DNA of 64,000 bases from Clostridia bacterium (lineage in GTDB: Bacteria; Bacillota; Clostridia; Oscillospirales; CAG-272): the NCBI GenBank assembly GCA_017517035.1, contig JAFXAN010000122.1, forward strand, positions 16,201 through 80,200. Reading direction: 5' to 3'. The notes under the pieces are model-generated. The model was not told where the DNA came from. It did not search any database and was given only the letters and a program-made list of their open reading frames with translations. A program made the position numbers and the translations under genes. Of this stretch, positions 46,270-55,286 are shown in pieces. Each line of letters begins with the position of its first letter. The first letter of the stretch is position 1.

Positions 46270-47010
46270 ATGCTAAGAGGAAAATATGCTTTAATTACCG
46301 GCGGTAGCCGTGGGATCGGATTTGCCATTGCAAAGGAGCTTTATGAGAATGGTTGTTCGGTTGTTATAACAGGAAGAAAGGAAGAAACCTTGCGTCTTGC
46401 TGCGGAGAAGATAGGAAAAAATGTAAAATATCTTGTCTGGGATATGGCGGATCTTTCTATATGTGAAAAGAAAATCAATGAAGCTGCGGAGATGATGGGC
46501 GGACTTGATATCATTGTCAATAACGCAGGATTATTTGCCAAGAGAAGCGAATGGAGTACCGATGAGCTACTAGAGACAACAATAGAAGAATGGAGAAGTG
46601 TTATGGAGGTCAACCTCGATGCTCTGTTTTTCTCGATGAAATGCGGTGTGAATTATATGCTGGAGCATGGGATCAAGGGTAACATTCTCAATGTGACCTC
46701 GGTGGCGGGCTATGAGCCGGGATACGGTGCATACGGCGCATCAAAGACTGCGGCAAATAATCTTACAAGAGGCTGGGGAAAGAAGTTTGCCCCGATGGGA
46801 ATAGTAATAAACGGAATTGCTCCCGGTCCCATTGCAACAGAGATGAATAACTGGCATGAAGGGGATTCGATGGAAAACGAGAGGATTCCTTATGGTAGAT
46901 ATGGCACAATAGAAGAGATTGCAAAGCTTGCCAAATATCTTCTCTCTGAAGATGCCTGCATGATATGCGGTGAGGTCGTTACAATTGACGGTGCATATTC
47001 CATAAGATGA
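46270..47010 (+). CDS. SDR-family oxidoreductase
   Basis: TGGSRGIG, NNAG and the YGAYGASK catalytic Y-x3-K. Confidence 0.85.
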   Translation: MLRGKYALITGGSRGIGFAIAKELYENGCSVVITGRKEETLRLAAEKIGKNVKYLVWDMADLSICEKKINEAAEMMGGLDIIVNNAGLFAKRSEWSTDELLETTIEEWRSVMEVNLDALFFSMKCGVNYMLEHGIKGNILNVTSVAGYEPGYGAYGASKTAANNLTRGWGKKFAPMGIVINGIAPGPIATEMNNWHEGDSMENERIPYGRYGTIEEIAKLAKYLLSEDACMICGEVVTIDGAYSIR

Positions 47011-47020
47011 GGTGATTCTT

Positions 47021-49144
47021 ATGACCGAAAGAATAAAAAAGCTTGTCCAATATACCGTGAGCGGTGATATGAGACCGATAGCAATAACGCCTGATTTTGA
47101 TAGTGGGGATATGCTTCTTCCTCAAATAATAATGGAAGGAAAAAGGGAATGCGAATATATATTGGCTCAAAGCTGTCCCATGTATCCCGAGTCTGCCTTC
47201 ACAGGACTTTTCACCTTTAACGGCTCAACTCTCGGTGATGCCTTTTCACGAGGAGGCCATAAAAATTTTAGGGAGCTTTTCTCTGAGAATTACAGAAAGC
47301 CGATAGAGAATCTTGTTTGTGTTGATTGGCAGCACTGTGTGGGAAATTACAGCAAGATCATCGAAAACGGTTTTATTGGAATAATGAAAGAGATTGAAGA
47401 ATCCCGAAGGGCGCATGAGGGCGATAGTGAAGCTCTTGACTTTCTTGAAACACAGGATCAGCTTTGTATTGCTATGATAAAAAGAGCACATAAATGCTCC
47501 GAGATGGCAAAAAACAAAGCCTCGGAAACCAAAAATAAAGAATATAAGGCAAACCTTCTGAAGCTTTCGGAAGCACTTATGCGTGTTCCGGAAAATGGTG
47601 CAGAAAGCTTTTACGAGGCACTGCTGATTCTTCATATGATATATCCTTTGCTCCCTGACAGTATCGGACTTATCGACAGATATCTCTATCATTATTATAG
47701 AAATGATATTGAAAAAGGAATGATCACAAAAGAAACCGCAAAGGAATATTTACAGGAGCTATTCCTTATGCTCCAAGCAAGAATAAACCACAAAAGCGAT
47801 CGTTTTTACCGTGGCGGAGAGTCTCATTTCTGCATTGGCGGATATCTTCCAAACGGTGAGGACGGATGGAATGAGCTTTCCGAGCTTATTGTTGAAGCAC
47901 TCATGGAGCTGCCTACATGGATCCCCCAGATCTCGATCAGATGGACGAAAAAAACACCGAGAGAAGTGCTTCGCTTTATGCTTGATGCGGAGCGGAATGA
48001 TCCAAACAAACGCATTGCTTTTGTTAATGACGAGCCAAGACTCCGTGGTCTTATGAAAAATATGGAGATGCCGTTTGAGGTTGCTTGTGAATATACCATG
48101 ATGGGATGTAACGAGCTGGCGCTTCCGGGTGGAATAGTTTTCGGTTTTGATCCTTCCAATATACTTCGAAGCATAGAAAATACATTTCATAAGAGAACCG
48201 ATGATATAATAAAAGCAAAGACATTTGAAGACTTTTTTGATATTTATACCGAAGAGCTGAAAAAAGACCTTTCGGAAATATCTCGGATTGGCGAAAAGCT
48301 TCAAGAAAAAAGAGCAATGGATAACAGCATTGTCAGCAATATGCTTCTTGACGGCTGTATTGAAAGGGCAAAATGCTTTACTCGCGGCGGTGCTTCAAAA
48401 TATACCGCAGTAGGCATACTTATCGGACTTTCAAATGTAATAGATTCACTTTCCGTAACAAAGCAATTTGTTTATGATGAAAGGATCGTCACAATGAAGG
48501 AGCTGACAGATGCTCTGAAGGCGAATTGGAGTGGATATGAAGAGCTTCATTCTTTGATAATTAAAAAAGGCAAATTCTTCGGAAATGACGATGAAACATC
48601 AAATTATGTTGCGCAGCTTTTCTTCAAAACTCTTGATGCGGTCAGTACAAAGGATAATTATCTGGGTAAAAAATGGATATACGGAAATCTTATCGGATAT
48701 AATGAATATCATAAATTTTTCGGGGATTTAACCGCTGCGACCCCCGATGGCAGATATGCGGGGGAAATGACGAATTTCGGAATAGGGCAGAGCGGAGATA
48801 AGGATAGGGAAGGACTGACCTCACTTTTGTCCTCAGTCGCAAAATGTGATCCTGAAAATATCATGGTAGGACCGAGTGTTACAAATGTTCTTCTTGAAGA
48901 AACGCTTGTAAAAAATGATGACAGTTTTGAAAAGCTCGTAACACTTTTTGAAACATATTTTAAGAGCGGCGGAACTCATTTTCAGCTAACATATGTTTCA
49001 AAAGAAGACCTCATAAATGCACAAAAAGAGCCTGATAAATATAGGAATCTCCGTGTGCGTGTTTCGGGCTTTTCCGATTATTTCAATAATCTCAACAAAG
49101 GACTTCAGGATGAGATTATCACAAGAACTGTTAAAACAAAATAA
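47021..49144 (+). CDS. glycyl radical enzyme, PFL2/dehydratase-like family (707 aa)
   Basis: ATG at 47021 with GAGGTGA upstream. Supported by the Cys loop MMGCNELALPG, ATPDGR, and the glycyl loop RVRVSGFSDYF near the C-terminus. Confidence 0.85.
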   Translation: MTERIKKLVQYTVSGDMRPIAITPDFDSGDMLLPQIIMEGKRECEYILAQSCPMYPESAFTGLFTFNGSTLGDAFSRGGHKNFRELFSENYRKPIENLVCVDWQHCVGNYSKIIENGFIGIMKEIEESRRAHEGDSEALDFLETQDQLCIAMIKRAHKCSEMAKNKASETKNKEYKANLLKLSEALMRVPENGAESFYEALLILHMIYPLLPDSIGLIDRYLYHYYRNDIEKGMITKETAKEYLQELFLMLQARINHKSDRFYRGGESHFCIGGYLPNGEDGWNELSELIVEALMELPTWIPQISIRWTKKTPREVLRFMLDAERNDPNKRIAFVNDEPRLRGLMKNMEMPFEVACEYTMMGCNELALPGGIVFGFDPSNILRSIENTFHKRTDDIIKAKTFEDFFDIYTEELKKDLSEISRIGEKLQEKRAMDNSIVSNMLLDGCIERAKCFTRGGASKYTAVGILIGLSNVIDSLSVTKQFVYDERIVTMKELTDALKANWSGYEELHSLIIKKGKFFGNDDETSNYVAQLFFKTLDAVSTKDNYLGKKWIYGNLIGYNEYHKFFGDLTAATPDGRYAGEMTNFGIGQSGDKDREGLTSLLSSVAKCDPENIMVGPSVTNVLLEETLVKNDDSFEKLVTLFETYFKSGGTHFQLTYVSKEDLINAQKEPDKYRNLRVRVSGFSDYFNNLNKGLQDEIITRTVKTK

Positions 49145-49152
49145 TATTAGAA

Positions 49153-49177
49153 AGAGGCTGCATCCCAGCCTCTTTTT
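49153..49177 (+). terminator. rho-independent terminator
   Basis: AGAGGCTG-CATCC-CAGCCTCT followed by TTTTT. Confidence 0.7.
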
Positions 49178-49178
49178 C

Positions 49179-49344
49179 AAACAGTAATTTATCGGTGAGT
49201 GAAAACGAAATTTGTAGGGGCGATCATTGATCGCCCGAAAAAACAAACGGTGTAAAATAACGATATTTTGAGCTGTTTATGAGACGGGCGATCAATGATC
49301 GCCCCTACGGATTACGGCTTCGACAGTTCGCTAAATTACTGTTT
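49179..49344. repeat. MITE-like element (166 nt)
   Basis: Starts AAACAGTAATTTATCGGTGAG and ends CAGTTCGCTAAATTACTGTTT. Inside it carries an inverted pair of GGGGCGATCA(T/A)TGATCGCCC palindromes. Confidence 0.65.
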
Positions 49345-49409
49345 ATATGTTAAAACTATACTCCAATTTACAGTTTGAAAATATTTTTTGAAAAAATTTA
49401 AAAAAGCTA

Positions 49410-49438
49410 TTGACAAATTGATTTTTTTAGTGTATAAT
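49410..49438 (+). promoter_or_regulatory. promoter TTGACA-17-TATAAT
   Basis: Reads TTGACAAATTGATTTTTTTAGTGTATAAT. Confidence 0.55.
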
Positions 49439-49477
49439 ACATTTAACATTTAGGCTAAATGTTAAGGGAGGTTAAAA

Positions 49478-49753
49478 ATGGGATTACAACAAACACTGAA
49501 AGCTCTTGCAGATCCGATTCGGCGAGAAATACTCAATATGCTGAAAAAGGGGCGAATGTCGGCAGGAGATATCACAGATCATTTTTCTGTAACCGCCCCA
49601 TCAATTTCAAGGCATTTGTCGGTGCTTAAGGAAGCAGATCTCATAAGGGACACAAGAGAAGGTAAATTCATTTTCTATGAGATCAACACCACGGTTCTTG
49701 AAGAAACCATGCTATGGATTGCAGATTTGAAAGGAGATAATGATAATGATTAA
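49478..49753 (+). CDS. ArsR/SmtB-family regulator (SdpR-like autorepressor)
   Basis: LKALADPIRREILNMLKKGRMSAGDI ... APSISRHLSVLKEADLI. Confidence 0.8.
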   Translation: MGLQQTLKALADPIRREILNMLKKGRMSAGDITDHFSVTAPSISRHLSVLKEADLIRDTREGKFIFYEINTTVLEETMLWIADLKGDNDND

Positions 49754-50834
49754 AAGAAACAAACTAAAGGTGATAATATCCTCAATAATTATTTTGCTCC
49801 CGATTTTATTCGGAATAATTATGTGGAATGATCTGCCCGATGTGATGACTACCCATTGGGGTGCTGATGGGAATGCAGATGGATTTGGCGAAAAAGTATT
49901 TGCAGTTTTTGGATTTCCCATAATAATTTTGGCATTGCATTTTGTTTGCTTGATCGTCACATCATTTGATAAAAAGCAAAAGGATCAGAATAAAAAAGCA
50001 CTGGGTATGATTTTTTGGATCCTTCCGATCATTTCTGTTTTCATGAACGGAATGATGTACCGTGCGGCACTTGGCGGAGAGCTTGATTTCGGATTCTTTA
50101 TGCCCGCACTGCTTGGCGTAATGTTTATATTTATCGGAAACTATCTCCCAAAAGTAAAGCATAACAGAACTCTTGGTATTAAGATCTATTGGACACTTAA
50201 TAATGAGGAAAACTGGAATAAAACACATAGATTTGCAGGTAAGATTTGGGTGGTGGGAGGACTTGTTCTTTTGCTCTTGATTTTTGTTCCTCTTGAGGCC
50301 ATGGTGTTGCTTGCAATATGTGTCATTGCAGCGTTGATGATCATTCCGATAATTTATTCCTATAATATTTTTAGACGGCATAAAAAGGAAGGAATAGTTT
50401 ATTCTCCATCCTACCGCAGCGGTGCTGAAAAAATCACATTCATCGTACTGTCTGTAATTATCGGCATAATTATTATAGGTGTTGCGGTTTTGATGTTTAC
50501 GGGAAGTATAAAGGTGAGCTATAATGAAGCAAGTTTTGAAATCGACGCAACCTATTGGACAGATCTTAAAATAAATTATTCTGAAATTGACAAAGTTGAG
50601 TATCGAGAAAGTTTTGATGTTGGTGCGAGAACAAGCGGTTTTGGTTTTCCAAGGCTTTCCATGGGGATTTTTCAAAATGAAGAGCTTGGTACTTACACAT
50701 TGTATGCTTATACCGGTGCCAAGGAATATGTTGTATTGAAGTCGGGGGAAAAAACTCTTGTGATCGGATTGAGTGAGACGAAAGAAACACGATCGCTTTA
50801 TGATACGGTGACGGGAAAGATAAATATTGAATAA
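49740..50834 (+). CDS. SdpI/YhfL-family membrane protein with DUF1648-like N-terminus and C-terminal PH-like domain
   Basis: Overlaps the ArsR gene. Motifs are THWGADGNADGF and GIKIYWTLNNEENWNKTHRFAG. The C-terminal soluble beta-rich domain is 120 aa. Confidence 0.7.
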   Translation: MIMIKRNKLKVIISSIIILLPILFGIIMWNDLPDVMTTHWGADGNADGFGEKVFAVFGFPIIILALHFVCLIVTSFDKKQKDQNKKALGMIFWILPIISVFMNGMMYRAALGGELDFGFFMPALLGVMFIFIGNYLPKVKHNRTLGIKIYWTLNNEENWNKTHRFAGKIWVVGGLVLLLLIFVPLEAMVLLAICVIAALMIIPIIYSYNIFRRHKKEGIVYSPSYRSGAEKITFIVLSVIIGIIIIGVAVLMFTGSIKVSYNEASFEIDATYWTDLKINYSEIDKVEYRESFDVGARTSGFGFPRLSMGIFQNEELGTYTLYAYTGAKEYVVLKSGEKTLVIGLSETKETRSLYDTVTGKINIE

Positions 50835-50839
50835 CAAAA

Positions 50840-50863
50840 GGGCTGAGTTTATAAACTCAGCCC
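50840..50863. terminator. bidirectional terminator
   Basis: GGGCTGAGTTTATAAACTCAGCCC between convergent genes. Confidence 0.6.
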
Positions 50864-50879
50864 ATATTTGCATTGAAAA

Positions 50880-52664
50880 TTACTTTGTGAGATTTTCCTC
50901 AAGAGTAGCAAGCTCGTCATAAAGCTCTGCGGGAACTCTTTCACCAACCTGTGCGTAGAATTCCTTGATGTTAGCAACATCCTCGAGCCAGGACTGCTTA
51001 TCAATTGTGAGAAGCTCCTTGATTGTGTCAACTGTAACACCGTCAAGCTCTTCAATGTTGATATCTTCAGCCTTGGGAACGAAACCGATAGGTGTTTCAA
51101 CTGCATCGACCTTGCCTTCGCAACGAGCGAGGATCCACATAAGAACTCTCATGTTGTCACCGAAGCCGGGCCAAATGAAGTTGCCGTCAGCATCGGTTCT
51201 GAACCAGTTAACATGGAAGATCTTGGGAGCGTTGGGGATCTTCTTGCCCATGTCGAGCCAATGACGGAAGTAGTCACCCATGTTGTAGCCAACGAAGGGA
51301 CGCATAGCCATAGGATCACGACGAACTACGCCGACAGCACCTGATGCTGCAGCAGTTGTCTCGGAAGCCATGATAGAACCAACGAAGGTACCGTGCTGCC
51401 AGTTTCTGGACTCGTAAACCAGAGGAGCAGTCTTTGCACGGCGACCGCCGAAGATGATAGCGGAGAGCGGAACACCCTTGAGAGAATTGAATTCGCTTGA
51501 GATGCAGGGGCAGTTTGTAGCCATTGCAGTGAAGCGGGAGTTGGGATGTGCGCCGGATGTGCCGACCTTGTCAGCCTTGTCATACTTGGTGTAATCCCAC
51601 TTTTCGCCTCTCCAGTTGAGAGCGTTCTTGGGAGGATTGTTGTCAAGACCTTCCCACCAAACGGTGTTGTTGTCAAGGTCATGGCAAACATTTGTAAAGA
51701 TACAACCGCTCTTAGTTGTAGCAAGAGCGTTGGGGTTGGACTTTTCATTTGTACCGGGAGCAACGCCGAAGAAGCCGTTCTCGGGGTTAACTGCATAAAG
51801 TCTTCCGTCCTCGCCTACACGGATCCAAGCGATATCATCGCCAACTGTCCACACCTTATAGCCCTTCTTGGCGTAGATTGCGGGAGGAATGAGCATTGCA
51901 AGGTTAGTCTTACCGCAAGCGGAGGGGAATGCAGCGGAGATATACTTAACTTCTCCGTCAGGATACTCAACGCCGAGAATGAGCATATGCTCAGCCATCC
52001 AGCCTTCTTTTCTACCGAGGTAGGAAGCGATACGGAGAGCGAAGCACTTCTTACCGAGAAGAACGTTTCCGCCGTAACCGGAGTTGATGGACCAGATTGT
52101 ATTATCCTCAGGGAAGTGGCAGATATATCTGTTTTCCTCGTCGATATCCTTCTTTGCGTGGAGACCCTTGATGAAGTCTGCGCTGTCACCGAGAGCGTCG
52201 ATAACGTTTTTGCCGACTCTTGTCATGATGAGCATATTGAGAACGACATAGATGGAGTCTGTAAGCTCAACGCCGATCTTTGCGAAATCAGAGCCAACAA
52301 CGCCCATGGAATAGGGAATAACATACATTGTTCTGCCCTTGTAGGAACCCTTATAGAGCTTGGAGAGCTTTTCATAGCACTCGTTCTTTTCCATCCAGTT
52401 GTTGATATTGCCTGCATCCTCTTTTTTGGATGTGCAGATGAAGGTTCTGCCCTCAACTCTTGCAACGTCGTTTACTGCTGTTCTGTGAAGATAGCAGTTC
52501 GGAAGAAGCTCCTCATTGAGCTTGATAAGCTCGCCTGTGCTGCAAGCCTCGGCACGGAGAGCCTCAGCCTGCTCCTCGCTGCCGTCGATCCAAACGATCT
52601 TGTCAGGCTGAACGAGAGCAGCCATTTCGTCGATCCAACCAAGCACGTGTTTGTTGTTTGTCAT
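50880..52664 (-). CDS. pck: phosphoenolpyruvate carboxykinase (GTP)
   Basis: 594 aa. Supported by PSACGKTNLAML (kinase-1a), the WIDG N-terminus, and the GDDIAW and FGGRR blocks. Confidence 0.9.
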   Translation of the reverse strand: MTNNKHVLGWIDEMAALVQPDKIVWIDGSEEQAEALRAEACSTGELIKLNEELLPNCYLHRTAVNDVARVEGRTFICTSKKEDAGNINNWMEKNECYEKLSKLYKGSYKGRTMYVIPYSMGVVGSDFAKIGVELTDSIYVVLNMLIMTRVGKNVIDALGDSADFIKGLHAKKDIDEENRYICHFPEDNTIWSINSGYGGNVLLGKKCFALRIASYLGRKEGWMAEHMLILGVEYPDGEVKYISAAFPSACGKTNLAMLIPPAIYAKKGYKVWTVGDDIAWIRVGEDGRLYAVNPENGFFGVAPGTNEKSNPNALATTKSGCIFTNVCHDLDNNTVWWEGLDNNPPKNALNWRGEKWDYTKYDKADKVGTSGAHPNSRFTAMATNCPCISSEFNSLKGVPLSAIIFGGRRAKTAPLVYESRNWQHGTFVGSIMASETTAAASGAVGVVRRDPMAMRPFVGYNMGDYFRHWLDMGKKIPNAPKIFHVNWFRTDADGNFIWPGFGDNMRVLMWILARCEGKVDAVETPIGFVPKAEDINIEELDGVTVDTIKELLTIDKQSWLEDVANIKEFYAQVGERVPAELYDELATLEENLTK

Positions 52665-52864
52665 AACTAATTCTCCTTATATTTTTCAAAAATTTTTTCC
52701 TTGTTGAAGAATGGAATGTAAGTGAAAAAATTGTCAAAATAACGCCTTTTAACACATACCCCCATTATAAAATATGATATCATATTTTGCACCAAAATTC
52801 AATACTTATTGCAAAAGGTTACATTTTGTTAACAATTTAAAATGCTTATCGGTATTTGGACAAA

Positions 52865-52906
52865 AAACAGTAATTTTTCGAACTGTCAGAGATATAAATT
52901 ACCGTC
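52865..52906. repeat. degenerate fragment of the MITE-like element
   Basis: AAACAGTAATTTTTCGAACTGTCAG matches the right-end type (AAACAGTAATTTAGCGAACTGTCG) in inverted orientation. The far end, ATAAATTACCGTCTT, is decayed. Confidence 0.4.
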
Positions 52907-52921
52907 TTAAAAGCAAATCAA

Positions 52922-52950
52922 CAAAAAAGCAGAGCCATGCTTGGCTCTGC
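52922..52950 (-). terminator. rho-independent terminator
   Basis: On the minus strand, GCAGAGCCA-AGCA-TGGCTCTGC followed by TTTTTT. Confidence 0.65.
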
Positions 52951-52956
52951 CTAAAA

Positions 52957-53643
52957 TTATCCTTCGTAATTTTTTCTTGTGAGCATAACGGTGAGGTTAC
53001 CGTTTCTTGTGCGAAGCTCGTCGATGAAGCTCTTTTGCTCTGAAATATTTTTCATGTTGATTATGTATCTCAGCTCCAGAAGAGTTCCGAAATCGGTGGT
53101 TTTGATGCTTTCAAGGGTATAACCTTTGCAATATTTTGCGAAAACATCGTCAAAAGCGCCATGGTGGTTCATATCCTCGGGAATGGTTATGCGGAGCTGC
53201 ATTGCGGAAGAGTTCTTTGTTCCGATACCCGTAAAGTGAATAACGAGTGCCAGAAGACAGACGAGTACGGTTGAGACTAGCGCAATTCCAACAAGTCCCG
53301 TTCCGCTTGCAACGCCTACCGCCATTGTGAGAAATACAAATGCAAGATCCTTCGGGTCGCTGAAATTGCTTCTGTAACGGATAAGAGCAATTCCGCCTCC
53401 GACACTGAGCGCTCTTGCAGTGTTGTTTCCTATCACCAGCATAAGTATTGATGAAATAGGCGCAAGAAGGAGCAGGGTTACAACGATTGCTGGTCTATAT
53501 CCGGTTTTTCTTCTTGTGAACATATAGACAAGAGAAATAAGAAGTGAACAAATAATCGTACAGCCGAAGATGATGAGAATATTTTTCAGTGTCAGATTTG
53601 CAGTTTCAACATGAAATAATGTTTCGTTCATAAGAATCTCCAT
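52957..53643 (-). CDS. DUF4956-family membrane protein
   Basis: LIRYRSNFSDPKDLAFVFLTMAVGVASGTGL is the DUF4956 core as I recall it. It has 4-5 TM segments plus a soluble tail. Confidence 0.7.
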   Translation of the reverse strand: MEILMNETLFHVETANLTLKNILIIFGCTIICSLLISLVYMFTRRKTGYRPAIVVTLLLLAPISSILMLVIGNNTARALSVGGGIALIRYRSNFSDPKDLAFVFLTMAVGVASGTGLVGIALVSTVLVCLLALVIHFTGIGTKNSSAMQLRITIPEDMNHHGAFDDVFAKYCKGYTLESIKTTDFGTLLELRYIINMKNISEQKSFIDELRTRNGNLTVMLTRKNYEG

Positions 53644-53648
53644 TTATT

Positions 53649-54374
53649 TTAAACTTTATTGGTTTCTTTTTTGAGGGAAGCCTCAAATTCCTTGCCGACC
53701 TTTGAAAAGCGTGTGAATGAAAGGGAATATTCGCTCATAATCGAGGCGAACCACATTGGAACTCCTCCGTGAAATTTTATCTCCATCAAAACCTTTCCCT
53801 CGGGGAGCAGCGCATCTCCGTATCTTCCGGCTTCAAGATGAAGATCATGGTGACGGGTGAGGATTTCACGGTCGATGGTAAGGCGAAGGGAAGGATCATC
53901 CTTGCCAAAATACGCATTTCTCAAATAACTGATATATACGAAAGGCTTTGCATCATTTGTCTTAATAAAATAATCTATCTCCGAGAGAACTTGGCGGTTT
54001 ATATAGCTTTCATCCTCGGAAATAGTGCCGTTTTCAAGAAAATCATAAATTTTATCAAGGGTCATAACGGCACGGCGCTTTGTGCCGATCTTGTTCATTT
54101 TGCGTTTTATTTCAAAGAAAACATTATCGGAAGAAGAAGGCGTTCCATAGCTGCGAAGCCTGAGCTTTTCCTTATAAAAGGGCTTTGAATTTGAATTCCT
54201 TGTGATCTCTCTTCTTTCATTATCAAAATAGATATTGCAGATCTCATAAGGCTTGCCGTCCACATTGTGAGAATCGGGGGTGAAATATTGCAGTAGTTTT
54301 TTTTCAATTTCCGGAAGCAGGCTTTCGACGACAAGAATCTTTTTTTCTCGTCTTTTAAAGGTGTTTTGTACCAA
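53649..54374 (-). CDS. VTC-domain (polyphosphate-polymerase / triphosphate-tunnel) protein
   Basis: TTG start with AAGGGGG upstream. Supported by FKRREKKILV, ICNIYFDN, KEKLRLRSY, FFEIKRK and LMEIKF, which are alternating tunnel strands. Confidence 0.7.
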   Translation of the reverse strand: MVQNTFKRREKKILVVESLLPEIEKKLLQYFTPDSHNVDGKPYEICNIYFDNERREITRNSNSKPFYKEKLRLRSYGTPSSSDNVFFEIKRKMNKIGTKRRAVMTLDKIYDFLENGTISEDESYINRQVLSEIDYFIKTNDAKPFVYISYLRNAYFGKDDPSLRLTIDREILTRHHDLHLEAGRYGDALLPEGKVLMEIKFHGGVPMWFASIMSEYSLSFTRFSKVGKEFEASLKKETNKV

Positions 54375-54503
54375 GTGAAGCTACCCCCTTTTAAAAAAGA
54401 TTAAAATAACATAAAAACCATAATATTATCTGCAAAAAATATGTTTTTCCGAGAAAAATACTAAAGGAGAAAACTCCGAAAAATCAAAGAAAGGAATGAT
54501 AAA

Positions 54504-55286
54504 ATGTTTAAATACAAAATCGGACCTGCGCTTTCTCTTTTTCTCGGGATAGCAATGCTTTTTGCCATTTGCGCAAATGCGGCAAGATGGCAGAGCTGGT
54601 ATTGCGTGAGAGCCAAGGACAATAAACAGCCTATGTGCGATGCTGATATGGCTTATATCGAGAATTACGGCGGCTATTATATTGACCATTCTCACGGAGA
54701 CGATAACGAAGAAAAGCGTGTTTATCTGACCTTTGATGCTGGTTATGAAAACGGCAATGTTGAGAAGATACTTGATGTTATGAAGGAAGAAAATGTCAAA
54801 GGAACCTTCTTCGTTCTTGGAAATCTTATTGAAAAGAACGGTGATCTTGTAAGCAGAATGGCAGATGAAGGTCACACGGTGGCAAACCACACCTTTTCTC
54901 ATAAAAATATGACAAAGGTCGCCTCATATGAGGACTTCTGCACAGAGCTGCAAAGGCTTGAAATTGCCTATAAGACTCTAACAGGCAAAGAAATGGCAAA
55001 ATATTACCGTCCGCCTGAGGGCATTTTTGATGAAAGAACGATGAAATTCGCCCATGATGCAGGCTATAAAACTATTTTCTGGAGCTTTGCCTATGCTGAT
55101 TGGGACAATGAAAAGCAGATGGATCATGGAAGAGCGAAGGCAAAAATAATGGAGAATATCCATAACGGAGCTGTTATATTGCTTCATCCAACTTCAGAGA
55201 CAAACGCTGCAATAATCGGTGATGTTATAAGAGAGCTGAAGTCAATGGGCTATAGCTTCGGTAGCATGGATGAGCTTACAAAATGA
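54504..55286 (+). CDS. pdaA: polysaccharide deacetylase, PdaA-like (delta-lactam biosynthetic de-N-acetylase)
   Basis: Signal peptide; RAKDNKQPMCDADM...VYLTFDAGYENGNVEKILDVMKEENVKGTFFV...ANHTFSH. Confidence 0.65.
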   Translation: MFKYKIGPALSLFLGIAMLFAICANAARWQSWYCVRAKDNKQPMCDADMAYIENYGGYYIDHSHGDDNEEKRVYLTFDAGYENGNVEKILDVMKEENVKGTFFVLGNLIEKNGDLVSRMADEGHTVANHTFSHKNMTKVASYEDFCTELQRLEIAYKTLTGKEMAKYYRPPEGIFDERTMKFAHDAGYKTIFWSFAYADWDNEKQMDHGRAKAKIMENIHNGAVILLHPTSETNAAIIGDVIRELKSMGYSFGSMDELTK

